Below are positions 1 to 7,595 of a DNA stretch of 11,029 bases, in pieces. The notes below the pieces were generated by a model. That model ran no database searches, had not been told where the DNA came from, and saw only the letters and a program-made list of their open reading frames with translations. How positions within the stretch are numbered: the first letter of the stretch is position 1; the number at the start of each line of letters is the position of its first letter. The position numbers and the translations under genes were made by a program. Source of the stretch: Deltaproteobacteria bacterium (lineage in GTDB: Bacteria; SAR324; NAC60-12); the NCBI GenBank assembly GCA_038150265.1, contig JAYOTF010000011.1, forward strand, positions 1 through 11,029. Direction: 5' to 3'.

Positions 1-46
1 ACTCCGTTAGTTCCTGTAGTTCCTGAATCTTCAGAGAGCCCAACAC
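1..46 (-). CDS. Possible 5' end of a gene running off the left edge (MLGSLKIQELQELTE...)
   Basis: Minus strand reads AGGAG (complement of 51-55), then GTG at 46-44 or in-frame TTG at 43-41. The frame stays open to base 1. Only 15 codons are visible, so no product can be assigned. Confidence 0.25.
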   Translation of the reverse strand, partial: MLGSLKIQELQELTE

Positions 47-176
47 ATCGCTCCTGGATCAGTTGCCCCGCCCTACGCTTTTGGGTGCAGCTGATCCGGG
101 AGCAACCTCCTCCGGAACTTTACTTTTCTCCAAGCTCATCACGGGCTCAGGTTCTGGCAGCCCCCCACAAAACCAC

Positions 177-205
177 TTGTGATCGCCTGGTAAGCTTTCT
201 ACTGT
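177..205 (+). promoter_or_regulatory. Weak candidate sigma-70 promoter for the FAH-family gene
   Basis: TTGTGA (177-182) - 17 nt - TACTGT (200-205), about 60 nt upstream of the ATG at 265. Partial consensus match only. Confidence 0.25.
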
Positions 206-264
206 TTTGGGGCACCCTGCTGATGGGCGTGCCCTGAATCCCTGATTGCTTCCGGAGGTCCCGC

Positions 265-1413
265 ATGTCACACGCTTTCCCCTCATCTGGAACCTGGGCC
301 CTGCGGGTCTGGCGCCCGGAGGTCCAAGGCCCCTCGCTGGCCACCCTGCGGTCCGGAGACGTCTGGGACGTCACGTCCCGGGAGGTCCCCACGCTCCGAG
401 ACCTGCTGGAGCATGAGGCGCCTTCTCAGCTCCTGCAAACGCTTCCAGGCACCCGCCTTGGGTCCCTGGAGGACCTCCTTGCCAACTCCACCGAAGCTCC
501 GGACCCAAGCCAGCCCTTCCTTTTGGCGCCTGCCGACCTTCAAGCCATCAAGGCCTGTGGCGTCACCTTTGCGACCTCCATGCTGGAACGGGTCATTGAG
601 GAGCGAGCCCGTGGCGATGCCAGTGGAGCCGAGGCCTTGCGGGAACGCTGTCAGCGCCTGCTGGGTCCAAGCCTGAAGAACCTCAAACCGGGCTCCAAGG
701 AGGCCCAGGCGGTCAAGGACATGCTCATTGCCGAAAACCTCTGGTCGCAGTACCTGGAGGTGGGAATTGGTCCGGATGCTGAGGTCTTTACCAAGAGTCA
801 GCCCCTTTCTGCCGTGGGGTGGGGCGCCAGTGTTGGCCTGCACCCCATCTCGACCTGGAACAACCCGGAACCGGAGGTCGTGCTGGCAGTAGACAGCCAC
901 GGCACCATCAAGGGAGCCACGCTGGGAAATGACGTCAACCTCAGAGACGTGGAAGGCCGGTCGGCCCTGCTCCTGGGAAAGGCCAAGGACAACAACGCCT
1001 CCTGTGCCATTGGTCCGGGGATTCGCTTGTTTGATGAGTCGTATGGACTGGAGGAGGTCCGGCAGGCGGAGCTGACCCTGACGGTTTCCGGACCCGATGG
1101 CTTCTTGCTGGAGGGACACAGTTCCATGCGGGAGATCAGCCGCGATCCGCTGGACCTGGTGGCACAAACCCGAGGGGCGCATCATCAGTACCCTGATGGC
1201 TTTCTGCTCTTTCTGGGAACGCTGTTTGCGCCGGTTCAGGACCGGGGAACGGCGGGGGCAGGCTTCACTCACCAGCGAGGTGACGTGGTCACCATCGCCA
1301 ATCCGGAGCTGGGAGCCCTGCAGAACACGGTCCGCCTTTCAACCGAGTGCCCGCCCTGGACGTTTGGGCTTGCGGCGCTGATGCGCAACCTCGCGACACG
1401 GGGCCTGCTCTGA
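265..1413 (+). CDS. Fumarylacetoacetate hydrolase (FAH) family protein, XylX-like (putative 2-keto-3-deoxy sugar-acid dehydratase)
   Basis: 382 aa with GGAGG RBS at 254-258. Motifs KACGVTF, WSQYLEVGIGPDAEVFTK, WNNPEPE, GATLGNDVNLRD, LLGKAKD and LFLGTLFAP are typical of the long FAH-family proteins resembling Caulobacter XylX. Confidence 0.88.
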   Translation: MSHAFPSSGTWALRVWRPEVQGPSLATLRSGDVWDVTSREVPTLRDLLEHEAPSQLLQTLPGTRLGSLEDLLANSTEAPDPSQPFLLAPADLQAIKACGVTFATSMLERVIEERARGDASGAEALRERCQRLLGPSLKNLKPGSKEAQAVKDMLIAENLWSQYLEVGIGPDAEVFTKSQPLSAVGWGASVGLHPISTWNNPEPEVVLAVDSHGTIKGATLGNDVNLRDVEGRSALLLGKAKDNNASCAIGPGIRLFDESYGLEEVRQAELTLTVSGPDGFLLEGHSSMREISRDPLDLVAQTRGAHHQYPDGFLLFLGTLFAPVQDRGTAGAGFTHQRGDVVTIANPELGALQNTVRLSTECPPWTFGLAALMRNLATRGLL

Positions 1414-1452
1414 GCCCCTGAGGTTCCCGGTTGCTTGGGAGCAGAGGCTCCG

Positions 1453-2121
1453 TCAGGCGTGCTCCTGAGACGCCTGAACGTCCTTTGCAAACTGCTCGAC
1501 CGCCCGGCGGGTCAGCTCATCTTCACAGAGGGCCTGCGCCAGCGCGGGTGGAATCGTCACGGCAGCGGCCCCCAGCGCCATGACCCGCGCCAGCACGTCC
1601 GCGTTCCGGATGCTGGCCGCAAGCAGCAGCGTGCCCTGAGCCTGCACCTCCACACACGCTTGCAGCAACGCCCACACATCCCGTCCAGCCTCACTGAGGC
1701 GTCCCACATACGGCGCCACCCAGCGGGCCTGCTGATCCACCGCCCAGAGCAGCTGCACCGGGTTGGCCAAACCCGTTAGCAGGAAGGGCAGCCCCTTTCC
1801 CTGCACCACCGCAATGACGTCCTCCCACTGTGGGTGACACGGCAGCTTGATCGTGAGCCGCACCCCCAGCTTGTCCGCTGCAGGCACCAGCTGCTTCAGG
1901 TAATCCTCGGCTTCACGATGATCGGGATTCGGGAGCTGCACCATCAGCTCCGGAAGGTGCTGGCGCCCAGCGGCTTCGAGCAGTTTCAGGTACGTCACGA
2001 GGCTCACCGCTTGCCCACTGCGGTGTACCAAAGTTGGGTTGGTGGTCACTCCACTAACGGTCGGCAAGCCCGCCCGGGTCTGCCATTGGGTGGGATCGGC
2101 ACTGTCGAGATACAGCTTCAT
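1453..2121 (-). CDS. Small transaldolase / fructose-6-phosphate aldolase family protein (222 aa)
   Basis: Start moved from the track's 2220 to ATG 2121 (MKLYLDSAD), which matches the family N-terminus and has AAGGA upstream. Motifs: LDSA, GVTTNPTL, Schiff-base Lys in TIKLP, WVAPYVGR, LAASIR, AVTIPP. Confidence 0.87.
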   Translation of the reverse strand: MKLYLDSADPTQWQTRAGLPTVSGVTTNPTLVHRSGQAVSLVTYLKLLEAAGRQHLPELMVQLPNPDHREAEDYLKQLVPAADKLGVRLTIKLPCHPQWEDVIAVVQGKGLPFLLTGLANPVQLLWAVDQQARWVAPYVGRLSEAGRDVWALLQACVEVQAQGTLLLAASIRNADVLARVMALGAAAVTIPPALAQALCEDELTRRAVEQFAKDVQASQEHA

Positions 2122-2270
2122 GTCTGGATTGAGTCCTTGGCTTCCTTGAATTTTCCGAAAAAACAGATCCAGTTTATGAGGTTCCGGGCTCCTCGTCAAA
2201 ACGAATACGCTCCCGCCCACGCAATCGCATCCCGCAAGAGGCTCCTGCTTCTCCCCTCCTCTTCCAGTTT

Positions 2271-2331
2271 TGCTGTTTTTTTAATCAAAACCATCCCTAC
2301 CTGCCAAGTTTCAGCGCATATTTTTTCGGCA
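2271..2331 (+). promoter_or_regulatory. Candidate enhancer-binding-protein (NtrC-like) upstream activating sites
   Basis: 17-bp TGC-N11-GCA-like dyads: TGCCAAGTTTCAGCGCA (2302-2318), weaker TGCTGTTTTTTTAATCA (2271-2287, 31 bp upstream) and overlapping CGCATATTTTTTCGGCA (2315-2331). They lie about 65-125 bp upstream of the predicted sigma-54 start site. Confidence 0.4.
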
Positions 2332-2352
2332 AAAATAAATTTAAAATTATAA

Positions 2353-2365
2353 AATCAGCTATTTA
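2353..2365 (+). promoter_or_regulatory. IHF binding site
   Basis: AATCAG-CTAT-TTA matches WATCARNNNNTTR. It is preceded by an A/T tract (2331-2352) and sits between the candidate enhancer sites and the sigma-54 promoter. Confidence 0.6.
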
Positions 2366-2370
2366 ACTGA

Positions 2371-2386
2371 TGGCACTTCCGTTGCT
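2371..2386 (+). promoter_or_regulatory. Sigma-54 (RpoN) -24/-12 promoter of the Anbu operon
   Basis: TGGCAC-TTCCG-TTGCT matches TGGCAC-N5-TTGCW exactly (GG 2372-2373, GC 2384-2385). Predicted TSS near 2397, about 40 nt before ATG 2438. Confidence 0.85.
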
Positions 2387-2437
2387 GAACGATCAGGGCA
2401 TGCCTCACCCACGGATCTTACCCCAAGGAGCACGGAG

Positions 2438-3856
2438 ATGGAGTCTCAGGTTTTTGATGAAATGGCTGGTCTTGAGGAACAGACCCGCCCGGTTTATGAG
2501 CGCCTCAAGCAGTGGCTTGACGAGATGCCCCACGACCTGCTCACCCTCCGGCGAGACGAAGCCGAGACCCTCTTTCGGCGCATCGGCATCACCTTTGCCG
2601 TCTATGGCGAAGGCGGCGACCCCGAGCGGCTGATTCCGTTTGACGTCATCCCACGCCTGCTCGAAGCCCGGGAGTGGGAATACCTGGCCGCCGGGTTGGA
2701 ACAGCGGGTCCGGGCCCTCAACGCCTTCCTGCACGACCTCTACCACGACCAGGAGATCCTCAAAGCCGGGCTGATTCCTCGCGAGCTGCTCCTGCGCAAC
2801 CCCGCCTACCAGCCCGAAATGCAGGGCCTGGAGGTTCCGGGCGCCGTGTACAGCCACATTTCCGGCATTGACATGGTTCGCGTGGGTCCCGACGAATTCT
2901 ATGTGCTGGAAGACAACGTCCGGACCCCTTCCGGCGTGTCATACATGCTGGAGAACCGAGAGGTGACCATGCGGCTGTTTCCGGAGCTGTTCTCCCGCTA
3001 CGCCGTGGAGCCGGTCGATCACTACTGCGAGGACCTCCTCGCCACCCTGAAATCCGTGGCCCCCCGCGAGTGTGAAGGCGAACCCACGGTCGCCGTCCTC
3101 ACCCCCGGCATTCACAACAGCGCCTACTACGAACACAGCTTCCTGGCCGATCAGATGGGGGTCGAGCTGGTGGAAGGCATGGACCTGTTTGTTCAGGATC
3201 GCTTTGTGTACATGCGCACCACCGAGGGGCCGAAGCGCGTGGATGTCATCTACCGCCGCGTCGATGACGCCTTCCTCGACCCGCTGGTGTTCAATCCGAA
3301 CTCCATGCTGGGGGTTCCCGGACTGATGGCCGCCTATCGCTTTGGCACAGTGACCCTGGCCAACGCCGTTGGAACCGGAATTGCCGACGACAAGGCCGTC
3401 TACATCCATGTTCCGGAAATGATCCGCTTCTACTTCGGAGAAGAGCCCCGCCTCAAGAACGTTCCCACGTGGCAGTGCTCCCGAGCGAGCGAATGCCAGT
3501 ACGTTCTCGACCACCTGGAAGACCTGGTGGTCAAGGAAGTCCACGGGTCCGGAGGCTACGGGATGCTGGTTGGGCCCACCTCCACGGCTCAGGAGCGCGC
3601 CGAGTATGCGAAGCGGATCCAAAGCCAACCTGCAGAGTTCATTGCTCAGCCCACCCTGGCCCTGAGCACCTGCCCCACGCTGGTTGCCGAAGGGGTCGCC
3701 CCCCGGCATGTGGACCTCCGCCCCTTTGTCCTCATGGGCGAGTCCCTTCAGGTTGTTCCCGGAGGCCTGACCCGAGTTGCCCTTCAGGAGGGCTCATTGG
3801 TGGTCAACAGCAGCCAGGGCGGGGGCACCAAGGATACCTGGGTCCTCAAGGCCTGA
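2438..3856 (+). CDS. Circularly permuted type 2 ATP-grasp protein (putative peptide ligase)
   Basis: 472 aa with AAGGAG RBS. Motifs GITFAVY, ERLIPFD, VLEDNVRTPSGVSYMLENR, NSAYYEH, DVIYRRVDD, ANAVGTGIADDK, GSGGYGMLVGP, RHVDLRPF, GGLTRVAL, VVNSSQGGGTKDTWV. Confidence 0.95.
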   Translation: MESQVFDEMAGLEEQTRPVYERLKQWLDEMPHDLLTLRRDEAETLFRRIGITFAVYGEGGDPERLIPFDVIPRLLEAREWEYLAAGLEQRVRALNAFLHDLYHDQEILKAGLIPRELLLRNPAYQPEMQGLEVPGAVYSHISGIDMVRVGPDEFYVLEDNVRTPSGVSYMLENREVTMRLFPELFSRYAVEPVDHYCEDLLATLKSVAPRECEGEPTVAVLTPGIHNSAYYEHSFLADQMGVELVEGMDLFVQDRFVYMRTTEGPKRVDVIYRRVDDAFLDPLVFNPNSMLGVPGLMAAYRFGTVTLANAVGTGIADDKAVYIHVPEMIRFYFGEEPRLKNVPTWQCSRASECQYVLDHLEDLVVKEVHGSGGYGMLVGPTSTAQERAEYAKRIQSQPAEFIAQPTLALSTCPTLVAEGVAPRHVDLRPFVLMGESLQVVPGGLTRVALQEGSLVVNSSQGGGTKDTWVLKA

Positions 3857-3885
3857 CGTCATCATTTCTGTACACACGAGGGAGC

Positions 3886-4836
3886 ATGCTGAGCCGTACC
3901 GCTGACAGCCTTTACTGGATGGCCCGCTACATGGAGCGCGCCGGAAACCTTGCCCGCATTCTGGAAGTCTCGGACCGCATGGCCATGTCTCCGAGTCCCA
4001 ATACCGACGGATTGCCCCCGGGCAACGAGTGGCAGTCAGCCCTGATCACGTCTGGCACCGAGAGCCTCTTCCTGCAGAAGTACGAGGCTCCCTCGGCAGA
4101 GCGGGTTCTGCACTTCCTGGCCCTTGATGAAGCCAACCCCTCCAGCATCCGGAACTGCCTGGAAACCGCCCGCAGGAACGGACGGGCCATGCGTACCGCC
4201 CTCACCCGCGAGGTCTGGGAAAACCTCAATGACACCTGGCTCGAAATCCGGGGCTTCACGACGCAGCGCCTGGTGGGAGTGGAACTGCGGAAATTCCTGG
4301 ACTGGGTCCGGGAGCGCTCGCTTCAGTTTCACGGGGCCGTCACCGGGACGATGCTCCGAGATGACGCCTACGCCTTCACCCGCCTGGGCGCGCAGATTGA
4401 ACGAGCAGACAACACCGCCCGCATCCTTGACGTCAAGTACCACATCCTCCTTCCGGACTACGCCCCCGTTGGAGGCGGGCGTGACTTCTATCAGTGGGCA
4501 GCGATCCTCCGGGCGGTCTCGGCCCACCGCAGCTACCGCTTCATCTACCGGCAGTCCTACAAGCCCTGGCTGATTGCCGACCTGCTGATGCTCCGAGAGG
4601 AAATGCCCCGCTCGCTGGTGGCCTGCCTGGGACACACCTGCACCCACCTGCAGTCCCTCAGCTCACGCTACGGGCAGCAGCACGAGTGCTACCGGCTGGC
4701 CGGGCAGCTTCATGCGAGCCTCCGTTTTGCCCGGATTGACGAGGTCTTTCAAAACGGCCTCCACGAGTTCCTCACCGACTTCATCAGCCGCAACATGAGC
4801 CTCAACGACCAAATCCGTACCGACTTCCTGATGTGA
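3886..4836 (+). CDS. Alpha-E domain-containing protein (DUF403 type, 316 aa)
   Basis: Start moved to ATG 3886 (MLSRTADSLYWMARYMERA), preceded by GAGGGAG. It has two ER motifs (YMERA, IERADNTARILDVKY), plus NPSSI, EVWE and PRSL, and sits in the usual position after the CP-ATP-grasp gene. Confidence 0.93.
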   Translation: MLSRTADSLYWMARYMERAGNLARILEVSDRMAMSPSPNTDGLPPGNEWQSALITSGTESLFLQKYEAPSAERVLHFLALDEANPSSIRNCLETARRNGRAMRTALTREVWENLNDTWLEIRGFTTQRLVGVELRKFLDWVRERSLQFHGAVTGTMLRDDAYAFTRLGAQIERADNTARILDVKYHILLPDYAPVGGGRDFYQWAAILRAVSAHRSYRFIYRQSYKPWLIADLLMLREEMPRSLVACLGHTCTHLQSLSSRYGQQHECYRLAGQLHASLRFARIDEVFQNGLHEFLTDFISRNMSLNDQIRTDFLM

Positions 4837-4840
4837 CGCG

Positions 4841-5656
4841 ATGCACCTCCGAATCGATCACACCACCACGTACCACTACTCCCACCCGGTGGCCTACAGC
4901 GCCCAGCAGATTCGGTTGCTTCCCGACTCGTTTGAGGGGCAGGAGGTCCTGTCGTGGCGCCTGGAAACCGACAGCCGGCACTTCCCGGAGTTTCGCGATG
5001 GCTTCGGCAACCGGACCGCCTTCCTCACACTCGACCGCCCTCATGCCGGGCTGACGCTCCGGGTGATCGGCGAGGTGGAAACCGAAAACTTCCACGGCCT
5101 GGTCCGAGGACTTCCAGAGCCCCTTCCCCCCGAGTTCTTCCTCCGGCCCACCCTGCGGACCCGCCCCTCCCTTGCCCTGCAGCGACTGGCGCAGCAGATT
5201 CCCCAGCAAGGCGGCTCCGTGGAACGCCTGCACCGCCTGATGAATCAGGTCCGGCTGCAGGTGCTCTATGAAACCGGAGAAACCCATGTTGCCACCACCG
5301 CTGATGAAGCACTGGCGCATGGACGAGGAGTGTGTCAGGATCATGCCCACGTTTTTATTGCCTGTGCGCGTCTGTTGGGCTTTCCCGCCCGCTACGTCAG
5401 TGGCTACCTCTGGACCCGTTGCGATGTGCACCATGACGCCAGTCACGCCTGGGCAGAAGCCTGGGTGCCTGACCTCGGCTGGGTGGGATTTGACCCAGCG
5501 AATGGCGTCAGCCCCACCGAAGCCTACGTGCGTCTGGCCTGTGGCCTGGACTACGCAGAGGCGGCCCCGGTTCGTGGGGTCCGTCGAGGCGGAGGCTCCG
5601 AAGCTCTGGAAGTGCACCTCCAGGTTCAGCAGGCCCAGCATCAGGTTGCGGCATGA
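4841..5656 (+). CDS. Transglutaminase-like protein with bacterial transglutaminase N-terminal domain
   Basis: 271 aa. N-terminal HTTTYHYSHPV...IRLLP and DGFGN. Catalytic triad motifs GVCQDHAH, HAWAE and GFDPAN are present, plus ARYVSGY and GLDYAEAAPVRG. Confidence 0.93.
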   Translation: MHLRIDHTTTYHYSHPVAYSAQQIRLLPDSFEGQEVLSWRLETDSRHFPEFRDGFGNRTAFLTLDRPHAGLTLRVIGEVETENFHGLVRGLPEPLPPEFFLRPTLRTRPSLALQRLAQQIPQQGGSVERLHRLMNQVRLQVLYETGETHVATTADEALAHGRGVCQDHAHVFIACARLLGFPARYVSGYLWTRCDVHHDASHAWAEAWVPDLGWVGFDPANGVSPTEAYVRLACGLDYAEAAPVRGVRRGGGSEALEVHLQVQQAQHQVAA

Positions 5657-5674
5657 ACCTTACTCGACTCACCT

Positions 5675-6451
5675 ATGACCTACTGTCTCGGACTCTTCCT
5701 TGAGGAAGGGCTCGTCCTCCTGAGCGACACCCGGACCAATGCCGGGGTCGACCACGTTTCGTCCTACCGAAAAATGCATCTGTTCCATGAGCCCGGGGAA
5801 CGGATGATTGCGCTCATGTCTTCCGGAAACCTCGCGGTCACCCAGGCCGTCGTGAACCTGCTCACCGAGGGCCTGCACTCGGTCGGGTTGCCTGCGGACC
5901 AGATTCCGGAACCGCCGGAGACCCTGATGACGGTTCCCAGCATGTTCCGCGCAGCCCAGCTGGTCGGCGAGGCCGTCCGGGAGGTGTACCGGGTGGATGG
6001 CGAAACCCTGGAGGCCCAGGGCGCCGGCTTCAGCGCCTCCTTTCTGCTGGGAGGACAGGTCCGGGGCCGTCCGATGCGGCTCTTTCAGGTGTACTCGGCG
6101 GGCAACTTCATTGAGGCCTCTGCCGACACGCCCTTCCTGCAAATCGGTGAACACAAGTACGGAAAGCCCATTCTGGACCGGGCCGTCCACTACCACACGT
6201 CCCTGCAGGATGGGGTCAAGCTTTCCCTCATCTCCATGGACTCCACCCTCCGGAGCAACCTCTCTGTGGGCCTGCCGGCCGACCTGCTGGTGTACCGACG
6301 GGACGAGCACACCATCGCCTGGCAGCACCGCATTGAAGAAGACGACCCCTACTTCCGGAACCTGAGGCAAATCTGGTCTGATGCCCTGCACAAGGCCTAT
6401 CAGGGGGTCCCGGAGCCCGACTGGTTCTCCCTTGGACCCCCTTCTTCCTAA
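5675..6451 (+). CDS. Anbu proteasome-type Ntn protease (20S beta-subunit homologue)
   Basis: 258 aa. Begins M-T-Y-C, leaving an N-terminal Thr after Met removal. Motifs SDTRTNAGVD, SSGNLAVTQ, YSAGNFIEA, QIGEHKYGKPILDR and SMDSTLRSNLSVGLP. Fourth gene of the known Anbu operon. Confidence 0.94.
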   Translation: MTYCLGLFLEEGLVLLSDTRTNAGVDHVSSYRKMHLFHEPGERMIALMSSGNLAVTQAVVNLLTEGLHSVGLPADQIPEPPETLMTVPSMFRAAQLVGEAVREVYRVDGETLEAQGAGFSASFLLGGQVRGRPMRLFQVYSAGNFIEASADTPFLQIGEHKYGKPILDRAVHYHTSLQDGVKLSLISMDSTLRSNLSVGLPADLLVYRRDEHTIAWQHRIEEDDPYFRNLRQIWSDALHKAYQGVPEPDWFSLGPPSS

Positions 6452-6469
6452 CCCGACCCAGGAGGTTTC

Positions 6470-7441
6470 ATGCACGTTCTCATCACCGGCGCTGCCGGCA
6501 TGCTCGGACGCAAGCTGACCGAGAGTTTCCTTCAGGACCCCACCCTCGGGGGCCGCCCCATCTCTCGTCTGACGCTGGTGGACCTGGTTCCGCCGGAAGT
6601 GGCTGATTCCTTCTCTGGGCTCCTCACCACTGAAGGGGTGGACCTCGGAGCCCCCGAGACCGCAGAGGTCCTTGCTTCTCAGCGTCCGGACCTCATCTTT
6701 CACCTCGCAGCAGTGGTTTCGGCAGAAGCCGAGACGGACTTTGAAAAGGGCTACCGCGTCAACCTCGAGAGCACTCGTGCCCTGCTCGAAGCCATCCGTC
6801 AGCAACCGAACTACTGCCCGCGTTTCGTCTTTGCCTCCTCCATTGCCGTCTTTGGCACCCCCTTCCCCACGCCCATCCCGGAAACCCACCACCGCACCCC
6901 CCTCACCAGCTATGGCACCCAAAAGGCCATTTCGGAGCTGCTCCTTGCCGACTACTCGCGGCGCGGCTTCCTCGAAGGCATCGGCCTCCGCCTTCCCACC
7001 CTCTGCATCCGTCCCGGTGCTCCCAACAAAGCGGCCTCCAGCTTCTTCTCCGGCATCCTCCGAGAGCCCCTCAATGGACAAGAAGCCGTCCTCCCGGTGG
7101 CCGAAACGGTACGGCACTGGCATGCAAGCCCCCGAGCGGCTGTGGGCTTCTTGCGACACGCCGCCACGCTGGACCTCAGCCAGCTGGGTGCCGACTGCAA
7201 CCTGACCATGCCGGGACTCGCCGCCACCGTCCAGGAGCAGCTCGACGCGCTGGAACGGGTCGCTGGGCCAGAAGCCCTCACGCACATCAAACGTGCGCCT
7301 GACCCAGCCATTGCCCGCATTGTCGAAAGCTGGCCCCAGGCTCTGGAAGCGGAACGCGCCCAGGCCCTCGGGTTTGTCGCCGAGTCCTCTTTTGAGGAGA
7401 TCATCCGGATCTATCTGGAAGAAGAGTCCTCTTCTGCCTGA
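6470..7441 (+). CDS. denD: NAD-dependent epimerase/dehydratase-family extended SDR, D-erythronate dehydrogenase-like
   Basis: 323 aa with AGGAGG RBS. Rossmann TGAAGMLG, HLAAVVSAEAETDF, SSIAVFG, catalytic YGTQK, and PNKAASSFFSGILREPL as in DenD-type proteins. The substrate is inferred from family resemblance only. Confidence 0.8.
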   Translation: MHVLITGAAGMLGRKLTESFLQDPTLGGRPISRLTLVDLVPPEVADSFSGLLTTEGVDLGAPETAEVLASQRPDLIFHLAAVVSAEAETDFEKGYRVNLESTRALLEAIRQQPNYCPRFVFASSIAVFGTPFPTPIPETHHRTPLTSYGTQKAISELLLADYSRRGFLEGIGLRLPTLCIRPGAPNKAASSFFSGILREPLNGQEAVLPVAETVRHWHASPRAAVGFLRHAATLDLSQLGADCNLTMPGLAATVQEQLDALERVAGPEALTHIKRAPDPAIARIVESWPQALEAERAQALGFVAESSFEEIIRIYLEEESSSA

Positions 7442-7473
7442 TGTCCGTAAAAAAGAATTTTCTTGTGTAAACT

Positions 7474-7595
7474 GACACTTTAACTCATCCAAACGCCTTT
7501 TTCTTGGGCAGGTCAGGCCCTCACCCGGTTTTTTTGACCGTTGTCTTTTCCGGGATTGGCCCTTGATTTGACCAAATAGATGAGTTAAGTATGTC
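7474..7595. ncRNA. Nested inverted-repeat element, candidate structured non-coding RNA (core 7474-7595, weakly extendable to about 7445-7619; minus strand slightly favoured)
   Basis: Nested pairs: GACA 7474-7477/TGTC 7592-7595; TTAACTCATC 7480-7489/GATGAGTTAA 7579-7588; GGTCA 7511-7515/TGACC 7569-7573; GGCC 7516-7519/7558-7561; CCCGG 7524-7528/CCGGG 7550-7554; GAC 7536-7538/GTC 7543-7545; side hairpin GCC 7495-7497/GGC 7507-7509. No known RNA family recognised. Confidence 0.5.

Noticed and set aside
210..234. GGGCAC...GTGCCC hairpin in the FAH gene leader
   Set aside because: It is a short GC-rich stem of a kind expected by chance at this composition, with no recognisable riboswitch or operator motif.
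283..1272. 329-aa minus-strand ORF and similar overlapping ORFs (2939-3709, 4802-5641, 8575-9123, 9199-9861)
   Set aside because: All are antisense shadows of well-supported genes and carry no motifs of their own.
1412..1450. Imperfect hairpin between the convergent FAH and aldolase genes as a bidirectional terminator
   Set aside because: The stem has mismatches and a bulge and there is no U-tract on either strand. Too weak to call.
2122..2220. 33-aa N-terminal extension of the transaldolase-family ORF
   Set aside because: The family fold begins at MKLYLDSA (ATG 2121), and the upstream GTG has no clear RBS.
2370..2633. 87-aa ORF, or a leaderless version from ATG 2400, as precursor peptide for the ATP-grasp enzyme
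   Set aside because: Its first ATG lies in the sigma-54 promoter, it has no RBS, it overlaps the ATP-grasp gene out of frame, and it shows no precursor-like motif.
3469..3885. 139-aa N-terminal extension of the alpha-E ORF in the track
   Set aside because: It overlaps the ATP-grasp gene out of frame and is low-complexity Pro/Arg/Gly. The family N-terminus and RBS place the start at 3886.
7509..7520. CAGGTCAGGCCC resembles the 5' half of SRP (4.5S) RNA domain IV
   Set aside because: The GNRA tetraloop and the following GGAAGCAG half are missing, so it is not SRP RNA.
7474..7595. Retron msr-msd or CRISPR-related RNA
   Set aside because: No reverse transcriptase, cas gene or repeat-spacer array is present in the window.
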